A program made the translations under genes and the position numbers. Under the pieces are notes generated by a model. It was not told where the DNA came from and made no database searches. It saw only the letters and a program-made list of their open reading frames with translations. A stretch of DNA of 64,000 nt, from contig JBHLLG010000001.1 of assembly GCA_048885925.1 (NCBI GenBank), positions 67,105 to 131,104 on the forward strand, read 5' to 3'. The stretch is from Candidatus Hermodarchaeota archaeon (GTDB taxonomy: Archaea > Asgardarchaeota > Lokiarchaeia > Sigyniarchaeales > SOKP01). Positions 20,351 through 31,015 of this stretch are shown piece after piece. Each line of letters begins with the position of its first letter. Within the stretch, counting starts at the first letter, position 1.

Positions 20351-21592
20351 ATGGTACAATCGTTTAAGATTCCTTGGGCAGCATGGTATGGTGATAAAGA
20401 TTTTATTCTGGAATTTCCAGATTCTTGGGATGTAAAAGTATTTGATATGAAAGGTGCTGATGAGTTTTCACAGAATCAAATTGAAAAGGCCATTAATAAC
20501 CCAATTGGAACTCCATCACTTATTGAACTGGCTAAAGGAAAGCAAAAGGTTGTTATCGTTGTTGAAGATATTTCAAGACCTACTCCAATGGAGAATATCT
20601 TAAATATTATTATAAATCAATTAAATTCAGTGGGCATTGAGGATGATAGAATTACTATTATTTATGCTCTTGGTTCACACCGCCCATTAAACCGAAGGGA
20701 CTCTATAAAAAAATTAGGACTAAGTATAGTAGATAGGTTTAACATCGAAAATCATCATCCATATGAAAATCTAATATATTTAGGTGAATCTCAAATGGGA
20801 ACCCCTATCTACTTGAATAAAACTTATTACGAAGCTGATCTAAAAATTGCAGTTGGAACCGTAGTTCCACATCCTTTAGCAGGATATGGTGGTGGAGCTA
20901 AAATTATTTTACCAGGGCTTTGTGGAATCCAAACCCTTGAAGCAAATCATAGAGCTGGTGTTAAGGGTAATGCAGGTGGAATAGGTTTTGTAACAGAATT
21001 GAGAAAGGACATTGAAGATGTTTGTAAAAAAGTTGGACTCGATTTTTCGATTAATATAGTATCTACAATGAGAAGAGGAATTGCAGGGATTTATGCGGGA
21101 CATTTTATTAATGCACATAGGAAAGCAATGGAAATTGGTAAAGAAGTATATTCAACTGAAATACCGCCCAATTTAAATTTAGATATCAGTTTTTTTAATC
21201 TATATCCTGAGGATACCGAATTTTCTCAAGCAATTAAAGGATTTAATTTCTATTCTAGTAGCCTTATGAAAAGAGATGGAGCAATTATTTTTCTTACAGC
21301 AGCTAGTGAAGGAAGGGGATTTCATTCATTGCAAGGTGAAACGGGAGGAAAATTGTATCAAAACTGGGGTGATTCGATTAAAATTAAATGGATCTTGAAG
21401 AACAAAAGATTTGGAATCTTTTCTCCTAATTTAAATAAAGCAGATGTTCTTCATTTTTATCCTGAAAGAACAATCTTTAAAAATGATTTCAAGGATATGG
21501 TAAAAGAGCTTGAAAGTATTTATGGGAAATTTCCAAAAGTTGGTATCTTTCCTTGCAGTATTCAATTACCAAAAGAGAACCCAAAAATGTAA
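20351..21592 (+). CDS. larA: Lactate racemase LarA family nickel-pincer enzyme
   Basis: NPIGT, EDISRPTP, ALGSHR, PHPLAGYGGGAK..PG. Confidence 0.85.
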   Translation: MVQSFKIPWAAWYGDKDFILEFPDSWDVKVFDMKGADEFSQNQIEKAINNPIGTPSLIELAKGKQKVVIVVEDISRPTPMENILNIIINQLNSVGIEDDRITIIYALGSHRPLNRRDSIKKLGLSIVDRFNIENHHPYENLIYLGESQMGTPIYLNKTYYEADLKIAVGTVVPHPLAGYGGGAKIILPGLCGIQTLEANHRAGVKGNAGGIGFVTELRKDIEDVCKKVGLDFSINIVSTMRRGIAGIYAGHFINAHRKAMEIGKEVYSTEIPPNLNLDISFFNLYPEDTEFSQAIKGFNFYSSSLMKRDGAIIFLTAASEGRGFHSLQGETGGKLYQNWGDSIKIKWILKNKRFGIFSPNLNKADVLHFYPERTIFKNDFKDMVKELESIYGKFPKVGIFPCSIQLPKENPKM

Positions 21593-21646
21593 AAAGATTA
21601 AATTGAAAAATATAGTAGAATAATTATTTCTTATTTTCTTCAATAT

Positions 21647-23317
21647 TTAAAACTCAAGAATCGCCCCTTTTGCGGCAGAAGAAACGAGTTTTTTGTATTT
21701 TAAAAGTGCTTTGTTTTTAATATCTTTTTCAAGTGGTTTCCATTTTTTTAATCGTTCTTGTAGGTCATTATTAGAAATTTCTACATCAAGATTTCTGTTG
21801 GGAATGTCAATATTAATTAAATCACCATCTTTAATTACAGCAATTGGTCCACCTACATAAGCTTCTGGGCTTATATGACCAATACATGGACCAGAAGTAG
21901 CACCTGAAAAACGACCATCAGTAACTAATGCAACAAGATCTAAATCACGCTTTCTAACTAGAGTCATTGTAATAGCTAACATTTCAGGCATTCCTGGACC
22001 CCCCTTTGGACCTTCATACCTAATTATTATTACTGAACCATTTGAAACTTGATTTGAAGTTAAGGCATCTATAGCTTCTTGTTCACCATTAAAGCATATT
22101 GCAGGCCCCTTAAACTTTAACATTTTTTGATTATTTACAGCTGATTGCTTTATTACTGCTCCTTCTGGTGCTAAATTACCTTTTAAAATAACAGTCCCCC
22201 CTTCTAGAAAAATCGGGTTGTTTAATGGTCTAATTACCTTTTCATCTAAAACTTTAATTTTTCTAATAGATTCTCCAATTTTTTTTCCAGAAACAGTTAA
22301 ACAATCTAAATGAAGAAAATCTTTTAATCTACTTAAAACCGCAGGGACTCCTCCTGCATTGTACAAATCTACAATACCGTAATCTCCCGATGGAACAACA
22401 TTTACTATTGTTGGTATCTTTTTACTATATTCGTTAAAAAGTGCCAAATCAAGATTAATTCCCATCTCATTCGCAATTGCAGGTAAATGTAAAGTCGAAT
22501 TAGTAGATCCTCCAATTGCTAAATCAACCATTATAACGTTTTCTAAAGATTTTTTCGTCATAATTTGAGATGGAGTTATATCTTTTTCTAAAAGCTCAAT
22601 AATTTTTCTTCCCGAATTTTTAGCGATCATATATTTCATTTGAGTCATTGCTGGAATCGTTGCAGCATTTGGTAAAGTCATTCCAAAAGCTTCCATTAAA
22701 CACTGAGTAGTGTTAGCTGTGCCCATTAATTCACAAGCACCATATGTTGCACACGAATGGCAACCGATAATATGAGTAGGATCAGTATAATTTTTCTGGG
22801 CAATTCCTTTATAACCTGTCATGAATCTTATTTCGTATAAATTCGGTCCACCTGGTACGCAAATTGTTGGAATATCAAGTCGAACTGCCGCCATTAAAAT
22901 TGCAGGATTTATTTTATCACAGCTAGAAATTGTGACCATAGCATCAAATTTATGAGCCTCTATCATTAATTCAATTGAGTCTGCAATTACTTCTCTCTGA
23001 GGCAAAATGTTACGCATACCTTCAAATCCCATCGCAATTCCATCACAAGGAGCAACTGTGCAGAACTCAAAAGGCACCCCACCTGCTTCAATAACTCCAT
23101 ATTTTACGGCTTCTGAAAGGATTCTTAAATGTTTATGGCCAGGATTAATTTCATTCCAAGTATTTACAACTGCAATGAATGGCTTATTTTCAATCTCTTC
23201 GTTATCAAGTCCTAATCCTTTCAATAATCCCAATTTTCCATATTTCATTGGTGTTTTTTTAATCCCTTCAAAAATACTTTTACTTCTCTTTTTTAAATCA
23301 ACTTCTTCATTAGTCAT
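21647..23317 (-). CDS. ilvD: Dihydroxy-acid dehydratase (IlvD/Edd family)
   Basis: CDGIAMG, CDKINP, GAC..MGTANT, GGSTN, EGPKGGPGMPEM, TDGRFSG, GHISPEA. Confidence 0.93.
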   Translation of the reverse strand: MTNEEVDLKKRSKSIFEGIKKTPMKYGKLGLLKGLGLDNEEIENKPFIAVVNTWNEINPGHKHLRILSEAVKYGVIEAGGVPFEFCTVAPCDGIAMGFEGMRNILPQREVIADSIELMIEAHKFDAMVTISSCDKINPAILMAAVRLDIPTICVPGGPNLYEIRFMTGYKGIAQKNYTDPTHIIGCHSCATYGACELMGTANTTQCLMEAFGMTLPNAATIPAMTQMKYMIAKNSGRKIIELLEKDITPSQIMTKKSLENVIMVDLAIGGSTNSTLHLPAIANEMGINLDLALFNEYSKKIPTIVNVVPSGDYGIVDLYNAGGVPAVLSRLKDFLHLDCLTVSGKKIGESIRKIKVLDEKVIRPLNNPIFLEGGTVILKGNLAPEGAVIKQSAVNNQKMLKFKGPAICFNGEQEAIDALTSNQVSNGSVIIIRYEGPKGGPGMPEMLAITMTLVRKRDLDLVALVTDGRFSGATSGPCIGHISPEAYVGGPIAVIKDGDLINIDIPNRNLDVEISNNDLQERLKKWKPLEKDIKNKALLKYKKLVSSAAKGAILEF

Positions 23318-23426
23318 ATTTTTTCAGACATTTTCAAAAATTTATTATTATGCAATATAAATTGTTTTAAATTATATCTCTATTCATGTACTTTTCCATC
23401 AAATAGTCAAATTGAAAGAAGAAAAC

Positions 23427-24221
23427 TTACTTGATTCTTATTTTATCAAAAGTGTTTTTTATTAATTTATTTATAGCTAAAACACTTTTTGATTTTTCAG
23501 GGATAGTAATTATAGGTTTACCTTCTAACTCAAATTCTGTTATTATGTCATCTTCTGGGACTTCTATCCACAGAGGTAAATTTAGTTCTTTAAGTTTTTT
23601 TTTAATATGATTTATATCTCCTTTAGCTCTATTTAGGACAACGCCTAATTCTTTATAATTAGTAAACTTTTTTGCACTTTCGCGTATAGCAACAGCAGTT
23701 TCAATGCTCCTAATTGAGATATCTGAAACAATTAAAACTATGTCAACAGATTCTATAACCATTCGATTAATTTGTTCAAGTCCCGCTTCACAATCAATTA
23801 AAACTATATCAAAATCTTTAGAAATTGAACCAATCACCTTTCTTAAGAGAGTATTTGAAGGACAGAAACAACCAGGTCCCTCAGGTTGTCCTATAGAGAA
23901 TAAGCTAAATTCCTTACTTTCAGTTATTGCATTATATACTTCTAAATCAATATTTTCTGCTACTTTCTCGAAATCTGTTGCTTTGGTCAGAATTTCATCA
24001 ATAACTTCTACTCTTAGTTTCTCGAGACTTTTTTCTGGGATTAAATTTACTATATGGCTCAAGTGTGGATGAGTTGGGTCAGCATCTATTAATAACATTT
24101 TAAATTTATATGATTTTGAAATACCTTTCGCTAAGAGAGCTGTTATAACCGTTTTACCAGAACCTCCCTTTCCTACAACTGAAATTGTCAATGGTTTATC
24201 AAAATGAATTACATTTTTCAT
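23427..24221 (-). CDS. cooC: CooC/AcsF nickel-insertion ATPase
   Basis: GKGGSGKT, IDADP, GPGCFCP (CxC), DCEAGLEQINR. Confidence 0.9.
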   Translation of the reverse strand: MKNVIHFDKPLTISVVGKGGSGKTVITALLAKGISKSYKFKMLLIDADPTHPHLSHIVNLIPEKSLEKLRVEVIDEILTKATDFEKVAENIDLEVYNAITESKEFSLFSIGQPEGPGCFCPSNTLLRKVIGSISKDFDIVLIDCEAGLEQINRMVIESVDIVLIVSDISIRSIETAVAIRESAKKFTNYKELGVVLNRAKGDINHIKKKLKELNLPLWIEVPEDDIITEFELEGKPIITIPEKSKSVLAINKLIKNTFDKIRIK

Positions 24222-24248
24222 CTTAAAAGTACCAAATATCCTTTTATG

Positions 24249-25031
24249 TTATTTCGCAATTTTTTCTCTTTCAACTAAGACTTGTTTAATTCCATAACAT
24301 TCTTGTTGATATGGACAAATCTCACATCCCCAATCGTATTCACAATCGATTCTTTTTTTCCACTCTTCTACTTTTTTTATCCATTTTTTATTTTGAGCAA
24401 TACTAATTTTAGAAGAAATTTCTATAATTTCATCAATTAAAGCGGGATAAGAATTTATAAAAAAAATCTCCATAGATCCAATTAAATCATTAAATCTTTG
24501 CTTATATAAATAGAAAATTGCATTTCCTAAAAATTCAAACGAAAAATATGGTCTTATGGTCTTACTTGTTCGACACCAAAATTTTCTTGGAACAGTTCTT
24601 ATTAAAAATCCCTCAACACCATTTGATATAAGATTAAATTGTTTTAAAGATTCAAAATCCTTTTCGTTAAAATTTTTTGTCCCAATTAAGATTATGATTC
24701 CAAAATCGGTAGATAAATCCAATATTTCCTTACTTTCTAGTCCAATTAGTGTAATTCTCCCGTCCTTTATGTGATTAATGAAATCTAGGTCTGAAGAGGG
24801 ATAAACTAAAGAAAAAGACTTTCTCTTGACACCTCCTAATTCAAGTGAAGTTTCATCTTCAAGAATTATATCTTTGTGCTTATCTAATTCAACTTTGATT
24901 TTCAAATGTTCAAAAAATTTGAGAGGATTTGGATTTTTTTCATAAATGATTACATTTTTCCCTTTTTGAGATTCAGAGTTTATTAAGTTTCTTAAATCAT
25001 CAAGAAATTCTAAAAATAATTTAATTTTCAT
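24249..25031 (-). CDS. Acetyl-CoA synthase (CdhC/AcsB) middle-domain-like protein with C-terminal Cys cluster
   Basis: IILEDETSLELGG..SFSLV, DGRITLIG, GVEGFLIR, W.R.SK; C-terminal C..CEICPYQQEC; adjacent to cooC. Confidence 0.55.
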   Translation of the reverse strand: MKIKLFLEFLDDLRNLINSESQKGKNVIIYEKNPNPLKFFEHLKIKVELDKHKDIILEDETSLELGGVKRKSFSLVYPSSDLDFINHIKDGRITLIGLESKEILDLSTDFGIIILIGTKNFNEKDFESLKQFNLISNGVEGFLIRTVPRKFWCRTSKTIRPYFSFEFLGNAIFYLYKQRFNDLIGSMEIFFINSYPALIDEIIEISSKISIAQNKKWIKKVEEWKKRIDCEYDWGCEICPYQQECYGIKQVLVEREKIAK

Positions 25032-25083
25032 ATAATTTCAATTATAGATCTATAAGAATAATAAAAATAGAAGATTAATAGTT

Positions 25084-26334
25084 TTAACTCTTAATTGCTT
25101 TATGTACTAATTCTGACAAATCATAAGTTTTTATTTCATTGTTTTTAATATTAGCCTTGAATTGGTTTAAACAGAAAGGGCAGCAAGATATCAATGCATC
25201 AGCAGTTGTTTCTTTCGCTTCTTTAATTCTTTCATTTGCAGCAAAACTAGATAAATCTTTAAATGCTGACCTCACACCTCCCCCAGAACCACAACACCAA
25301 GCATTATGTCTGTTTCTTGGCATTTCTATCAATTCTATTCCAGGAATATTTTTCAATACATCTCTTGGAGGTTCATAAATCCCCATGTGGCGTCCAATAT
25401 GGCAAGGATCGTGATAGGTTATTTTCATTTCTAAATTGTTCTTAAATTCTAACTTATTATTATTTAATTTCTCTAATAAAAACTCGGGTAAATGAAGTAC
25501 CTCAATACCGTGATCTAGTCCAAACTTATTAGGATATGTGTCTTTCAAGGTTCGATAGCAACCAGCACAAGAAGTAATAATCTTTTCAATTCCTTCCTTT
25601 TTGAAAATTTCTATATTATTTTCAGCAATCTTTTTTGCTTGATTAGCCTGCCCAGTCATATATACTGGAGATCCACAACAACGCTCATCCTTTAAAATTT
25701 TAAAATCAATTTGAATTAAATTTAATATTTCAGCTGTAGCCTTAGCTATGTCTTGTTCTCTATAACTGGTTGTGCAACCCACAAAGTAAGCTAATTTTGC
25801 ATTTTGATTTTGTTTAATATTGGATGTCAGCCAATTTTTGCGATCTTTATGCTTTCCTATATAAGGATTATATTCTAACGAAATATGCTCTGAATATTGT
25901 CTTTGTTCTGGCATGGGTCCTAGCCCTTTTTGAACAGCTTCTTCTCTCATTGCCATTAGCCATTCTCCTGCATAATGATGAATTTCAGGGATTTGACATT
26001 GTTGAGTACAAGCTAAGCATAGCGAACATTGATAAAATATTCTTGATAGATTTTCAGTCCAATTCAAACGATCCGAAGAAACTGCCCATGAGAGTAGATT
26101 TTTCCCTCCTAAATAGTAAGCTTCGAATTTTCCGTATTCTCCAGAGGGACAAACGCGATACCAACCTTCTTCTTGAAAACCAGTCCTACAAGTTCCACAT
26201 TTTCCACATTGATAAAGAATATCTTTATAATATTCTAAAGTTTTATTTCTTTCTAATGAAATTCGATCTGCAAATATATCTAATTCAGTTATTCCTGTAC
26301 CTTTAATATATTTCAAATTCTTTTCTTTTTCCAA
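25084..26334 (-). CDS. HdrD/GlcF-like Fe-S protein (2x4Fe-4S + 2 CCG domains)
   Basis: CGKCGTC..CP, CSLCLAC..C, YFVGC, ERCCG, SCAGC, YHDPCH.GR, CCGSGGG, CPFC; TTG 26334 after GGAGG (ORF-track start 26355). Confidence 0.9.
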   Translation of the reverse strand: MEKEKNLKYIKGTGITELDIFADRISLERNKTLEYYKDILYQCGKCGTCRTGFQEEGWYRVCPSGEYGKFEAYYLGGKNLLSWAVSSDRLNWTENLSRIFYQCSLCLACTQQCQIPEIHHYAGEWLMAMREEAVQKGLGPMPEQRQYSEHISLEYNPYIGKHKDRKNWLTSNIKQNQNAKLAYFVGCTTSYREQDIAKATAEILNLIQIDFKILKDERCCGSPVYMTGQANQAKKIAENNIEIFKKEGIEKIITSCAGCYRTLKDTYPNKFGLDHGIEVLHLPEFLLEKLNNNKLEFKNNLEMKITYHDPCHIGRHMGIYEPPRDVLKNIPGIELIEMPRNRHNAWCCGSGGGVRSAFKDLSSFAANERIKEAKETTADALISCCPFCLNQFKANIKNNEIKTYDLSELVHKAIKS

Positions 26335-26335
26335 A

Positions 26336-27811
26336 TCAATTACCTCCAATTCCATGACCCGGATTCATTATTCCATTAGGATCGAGAAGATTTTTAAGTT
26401 TTTCAATCAATTTAGTTGTAGCAGGATGGGTTTTACTTTTGTAATGTTCTACTACCCATAATGGGGCTTTATACATTATAGCACCATCTAACTGTTGGAC
26501 TGCATCATGAATTTCTTTTAATACTAGTCTTGCTTTTTTAATATCCTCGGGATCATTTTTATTAAAACAGACGTTTGTGCGAGCAACACAATAATGACCT
26601 CCAAACAGAATTCTACTGTAAAATTGAGGTGGTTTACCGTGCTTAAGACAAACTTCTCTTGATAAATTATAATATTTTACGATATCGCGTGTAGAACAAT
26701 AAGATCCGATCCATTCACCCCCCCCACCTCGTGCAAAATTCCAACAACCCCATCCTTGAAAAGGAGTCTGACCACCTGTAGCGGGAGTTAAATTCGCAAA
26801 AATACCTCTCATATCTTTTGGAAAGGTTTTTAATTGAATATCAGAAGGTAAAGGATCTATTTTGTATTCTCTACAAATAGATTCAATAGCTTTACATTGT
26901 GCTTTATGTTGATCTTCTGTGAAGGCTTGAGTAGTTATAAGTCCTAAGAAATCTGGGAGACCTAAAGCAACTGGATCAATAGCTACATTTTTTTCAGAAA
27001 AGCCTTGCATAGCTTGTGTCCATCCCATATTAAGGAAAACAAGATCACAGATTCCTAAACCAGCTTTTGAAAGTTTAAGCATCATAGGGACTCCAATTTC
27101 TACTTTGGAGCCAATAGGCATGTAATCAGTTCGATAAGGTAATTTGGGCCATAATTTAATAGCACCTTTGGTGACTATTCCTGTTGCTCCTTCCCACCCT
27201 ATAAACAATCCAGCTAAATCAGGTAATGGTTGTCTCCCATACCAATGATTTGAAAGACTACAAGAACCTACCTTTATTAATTCACCAGAACCTAACACAA
27301 CTTCCATTCCATTTATAAATTCTGCTCCAGTTCCACCTATCATTCCAAGATCAAACATCCCATAACACAAACAAGAAGGAATGACACCAGTCCCTGGAGG
27401 TGAAAAAGTAATTCCTGCTCTAAAATTAGGATGATACTTATCTAAATATCCTTTTAAATCCGCCCAAGTAATTCCTCCTTCTACGACAATATACATATCA
27501 TCTTCATTTACTTCAAGTACTCGATTCATGCGCCTTAAATCAACAACGATACCTCCTTTTCGAGGGTTTGCAATAGAACCGAAATTTATTCCAGAAACCC
27601 AAGGCACTATCGGAATTTTATATTTATTTGCAATTTTAACAATCTCTTGAACCTCTTCGGCAGCTTTTGGCATAATTGCAATATCACAATGACCTTCAGG
27701 TTCTGCAGTTATAAAGTCATAATGATAGAGAAATTGTATCTCAGGTTCATCTGAAACATATTTATTTCCAACGATTTGTTCTAATTCTGCTATAACTTTA
27801 CGTTCAATCAT
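26336..27811 (-). CDS. FAD-binding oxidoreductase (GlcD/D-lactate dehydrogenase-like)
   Basis: GGIVVDLRRMN, GMEVVLGSG, PDLAGLFIGWEGATGIVTK, DPNGIMNPG. Confidence 0.9.
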   Translation of the reverse strand: MIERKVIAELEQIVGNKYVSDEPEIQFLYHYDFITAEPEGHCDIAIMPKAAEEVQEIVKIANKYKIPIVPWVSGINFGSIANPRKGGIVVDLRRMNRVLEVNEDDMYIVVEGGITWADLKGYLDKYHPNFRAGITFSPPGTGVIPSCLCYGMFDLGMIGGTGAEFINGMEVVLGSGELIKVGSCSLSNHWYGRQPLPDLAGLFIGWEGATGIVTKGAIKLWPKLPYRTDYMPIGSKVEIGVPMMLKLSKAGLGICDLVFLNMGWTQAMQGFSEKNVAIDPVALGLPDFLGLITTQAFTEDQHKAQCKAIESICREYKIDPLPSDIQLKTFPKDMRGIFANLTPATGGQTPFQGWGCWNFARGGGGEWIGSYCSTRDIVKYYNLSREVCLKHGKPPQFYSRILFGGHYCVARTNVCFNKNDPEDIKKARLVLKEIHDAVQQLDGAIMYKAPLWVVEHYKSKTHPATTKLIEKLKNLLDPNGIMNPGHGIGGN

Positions 27812-27911
27812 TTTTGGAAACCTTATTCAAATTAAATTAATTCATTTTTTATGAAGATAATTTGTTATAATAATTATTATATTTAAAATACTTATATTTA
27901 TAATTTTAAAC

Positions 27912-29201
27912 TCACATAAGAGTTTGAGCGAATAGTTTAATTTTTTCTTTCATAACCTTCAAGGGGGTAAAACGTTTATCTCCAACATCAAATTCAATAA
28001 GAAGCATTGGAATTCCCAATTCATCCATAAGAGCTTCTCTTAATAATTGTGGAAATGATCCAAATTGTTTACATGCTAAGCTTTGAGTATAAATAAAACA
28101 ATCAGCACTAAATTCTTTTGCCATTCTTAGACAATCTTCGAGTGTGGTATAATAAAAATCAGTAGATTGTTTAACCATTGGCCACCCCATCGATTTTTTC
28201 GCCATATCATAAAACATTTTATCTAAATCTGATTTAGTATTAATTGGATCAGAAAAGTTATAATTAAAAATATCAAAGAGGATACTCATACCTAATTCTC
28301 TATCTAACCATTCACAAAGAGAAATATCGAAGTAAGTAACCATATAAGGCCAAATAGATCTTATCTTTTCTTCTCCACCATAATGCTCTTTTGCTTTATA
28401 TCTTTTTTTTGTGATTTTAAGCATTTCCTCATAAAAAGATAAATTTTCATATGTTCCAGAAATTTGAATGGATATCCCCGCAGAGACTGCATTATACATA
28501 TTTGAAATAGGACTAGGTATTGCTTTTGTTAATTCAAATATTTCTAATCTAATCTGTTGCACTTGATTTTCTATTTCAATAAATTTTTTCATTTTTTCAA
28601 AATCTGGTACTTGTCCAATGATTTTTCCAAGATCAATTAAACCATTTTTGATCTGCTCACCATGATATCTAAAACTACTTTCATCTTTTCGAAAAGGCAT
28701 ATCTGCAATAATTAAAGGAATCTTTTTCTCATACATGAAGAAAGGATATGAAGCACATGTATTATCACAAGGTCCAGTTGGGATAAAAATTGCATCAAAT
28801 TTGAAAAGATCATCTAATGTCATCCCCATTGGACCTTTTTGAGCTGTACAAGTATGAAATGGATGCCCCCAATTTTCCATTAAATCATAATATTTTTCAA
28901 TACCATTCAATAACATAGTTGCTAAATAGTATCCCGTTCCTTCAAGACATACAGGCATACAGTCAAAACATGAAAGATATTCAGCAGGAAGGGCAAAATG
29001 ATATCCAACTATTGGAATGCCATCTCTTGCCTTTTTAAGACTTCTTTCCAAAGCAGATCTCACTTTTTCTAAACCAATCCTCAATACAGGCATCCCATTT
29101 TCTGGAAGAATTCCCTTAACTAATTGTTCTGTTGTTGAGACAGCTTCATATAGCATCCTGACTGGTATTACTCTATTCTCTTGATTATAAGGTTCTCCCA
29201 T
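27912..29201 (-). CDS. 2-hydroxyacyl-CoA dehydratase subunit (HGD-D family, alpha-like)
   Basis: HTCTAQK, GPCD, LACK, GIPMLLIEFDVGDKR. Confidence 0.85.
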   Translation of the reverse strand: MGEPYNQENRVIPVRMLYEAVSTTEQLVKGILPENGMPVLRIGLEKVRSALERSLKKARDGIPIVGYHFALPAEYLSCFDCMPVCLEGTGYYLATMLLNGIEKYYDLMENWGHPFHTCTAQKGPMGMTLDDLFKFDAIFIPTGPCDNTCASYPFFMYEKKIPLIIADMPFRKDESSFRYHGEQIKNGLIDLGKIIGQVPDFEKMKKFIEIENQVQQIRLEIFELTKAIPSPISNMYNAVSAGISIQISGTYENLSFYEEMLKITKKRYKAKEHYGGEEKIRSIWPYMVTYFDISLCEWLDRELGMSILFDIFNYNFSDPINTKSDLDKMFYDMAKKSMGWPMVKQSTDFYYTTLEDCLRMAKEFSADCFIYTQSLACKQFGSFPQLLREALMDELGIPMLLIEFDVGDKRFTPLKVMKEKIKLFAQTLM

Positions 29202-29237
29202 TCTCTTTCACATCTTTTTTAATTAAATTTTTATGAT

Positions 29238-30389
29238 TTATGATATCATTTCAACAAAAGCCTCTATCCTAGTCTGTAACCTTTTTGTATCTACTTGAAA
29301 AAATTCTCTATCGATATTTAGAATCGGTATATCTAATTCTTTTAATTCATGTGCTAACATCATATTGTCACAGCCTACTAAATCACAGTTATTGATTCTT
29401 TGCAATATTATTCCATCAATATTTGCTCTTTTAATCTCATTTTTCATAAATTCTAACCTTCTAATATGATCATTCATCATTCTCGGGCATGACACTCTGT
29501 AATAAAGCCTTTTCGCAATACATTCTAATAGATTATTACTATTGTTGATTATTACATCATCTAAGAAATTACGGGTTCCAAAACATAAGAAATCTGATAT
29601 TATTATAGCGCCAGATTTCTCTATAAGCTTAGTGAAAGTAATGTCATCAATTTCGCTCCCAATTAATATTATTCTCTTTGCATCAGTTTTTATTCCTTCA
29701 CTTTCTTTTAAAATATTAAAAATTCTACTTAATTCCTTATTAGCAAGATCTTTCGGAACTGAGGCATTTGCTATTGACAATTTTAAAGCTTCAGTTCCAT
29801 TTAATTTAGGAGAGTCTAAAATCTGTAATTCATGAATACATCTTAAAAGTTTCCGATTCATATTGTGAAGTTCTATGGATGATCGAAGTTTCACTTCTGT
29901 AATTGACTTTTTGATGAAATTTTTCTCAATATTCTCTCTGAATTCTTTAATCTCTTTTTTATACCATTCAAAACCTTCATCTGTTATAACATGGGGCATA
30001 GAGAGATAAAATCTTGGAACTTGTTTTATAAAATTCTCTCGTTTGAACACTTTTAAATCGAATAATTCAAACATTCTACGAGAATGATCACATGAATTAC
30101 ACACGAATAGAGCATCTAAAAAATCATAAATACCTCTTAAAGCCATATCCAATGTTGCTCTAATAAATGAACAAGTAAATCTGACCATATAAATATCAGC
30201 TAAATCAGTATGTTCATGTCCAGTTGCTCTAATTCTAAAAGGTAATAAATCAGCTGCGTACAATAATTCTTCAGGAATATAAGTACAATAGTGACCTATA
30301 ACCATCTTGTTATTCTCTTGCCATTCAGTTATATATGGATTGATTATCGTGTGTGAAATATTCAAAAAGGGATCATTTTCTAAACTCAT
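29238..30389 (-). CDS. 2-hydroxyacyl-CoA dehydratase subunit (HGD-D family, beta-like)
   Basis: CTYIPEELLYAA, CSF, NSCD, DFLCFG.R, NCD, QTRIEAFVEM. Confidence 0.88.
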   Translation of the reverse strand: MSLENDPFLNISHTIINPYITEWQENNKMVIGHYCTYIPEELLYAADLLPFRIRATGHEHTDLADIYMVRFTCSFIRATLDMALRGIYDFLDALFVCNSCDHSRRMFELFDLKVFKRENFIKQVPRFYLSMPHVITDEGFEWYKKEIKEFRENIEKNFIKKSITEVKLRSSIELHNMNRKLLRCIHELQILDSPKLNGTEALKLSIANASVPKDLANKELSRIFNILKESEGIKTDAKRIILIGSEIDDITFTKLIEKSGAIIISDFLCFGTRNFLDDVIINNSNNLLECIAKRLYYRVSCPRMMNDHIRRLEFMKNEIKRANIDGIILQRINNCDLVGCDNMMLAHELKELDIPILNIDREFFQVDTKRLQTRIEAFVEMIS

Positions 30390-30398
30390 TTAAGAACC

Positions 30399-30884
30399 TC
30401 AATTATTTTTATAAATAATATGCTTGCCTATCATTATGGTTCTCGCCCATTTTAGTGCACTAAAATATGATCCCTTAATTTTTATTTTTCGAGGAATAAT
30501 GTACTTTAATAATTTGATTAGTCCAAAAAGATTACTTTTAGAACGTATAATCTTACTAAATACTTTAAGAATTTTATCTTCTTTAACAGCTATAGTAACT
30601 TTAGAGACAGGATTCTTAGCTTTTTCAACATAACAATCAAAATTATTTCTATCTCTAGTTAAAATAAAAGTAAGATATTCATCCAATTCTTTAAAATAAA
30701 TTTCAATTTTCTGTCCTTCACACTTCCCAATTTTCTTAAAAGTGTCATCAGAGCCAAATAAATCAACTAACATTTTAGCTAATCTAGCTAATGTAAGAAC
30801 TTTTGTTTCTTTTATTAAATTACTTGCTCTTATCGTTCTATCCTCAGTTTCTATTTCTTCTGTTTGGCTAATAAGGAGCACCAA
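30399..30884 (-). CDS. Hypothetical protein, possibly SCP2 (sterol/acyl carrier)-like fold
   Basis: 161-aa ORF in operon; C-terminal KIKIKG..ALK resembles SCP2 domains. Confidence 0.55.
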   Translation of the reverse strand: MVLLISQTEEIETEDRTIRASNLIKETKVLTLARLAKMLVDLFGSDDTFKKIGKCEGQKIEIYFKELDEYLTFILTRDRNNFDCYVEKAKNPVSKVTIAVKEDKILKVFSKIIRSKSNLFGLIKLLKYIIPRKIKIKGSYFSALKWARTIMIGKHIIYKNN

Positions 30885-31015
30885 TAATATAAATTTTCGA
30901 TAATTATAATTTGAAATTTCAAATTATTTAAAAATTCTTTTTAAACTTTAAAATATCTTAATATAATAAGGTAAAACATGATTTAATGAAAATAAAAAAT
31001 TTGAATTAAGAAAAT

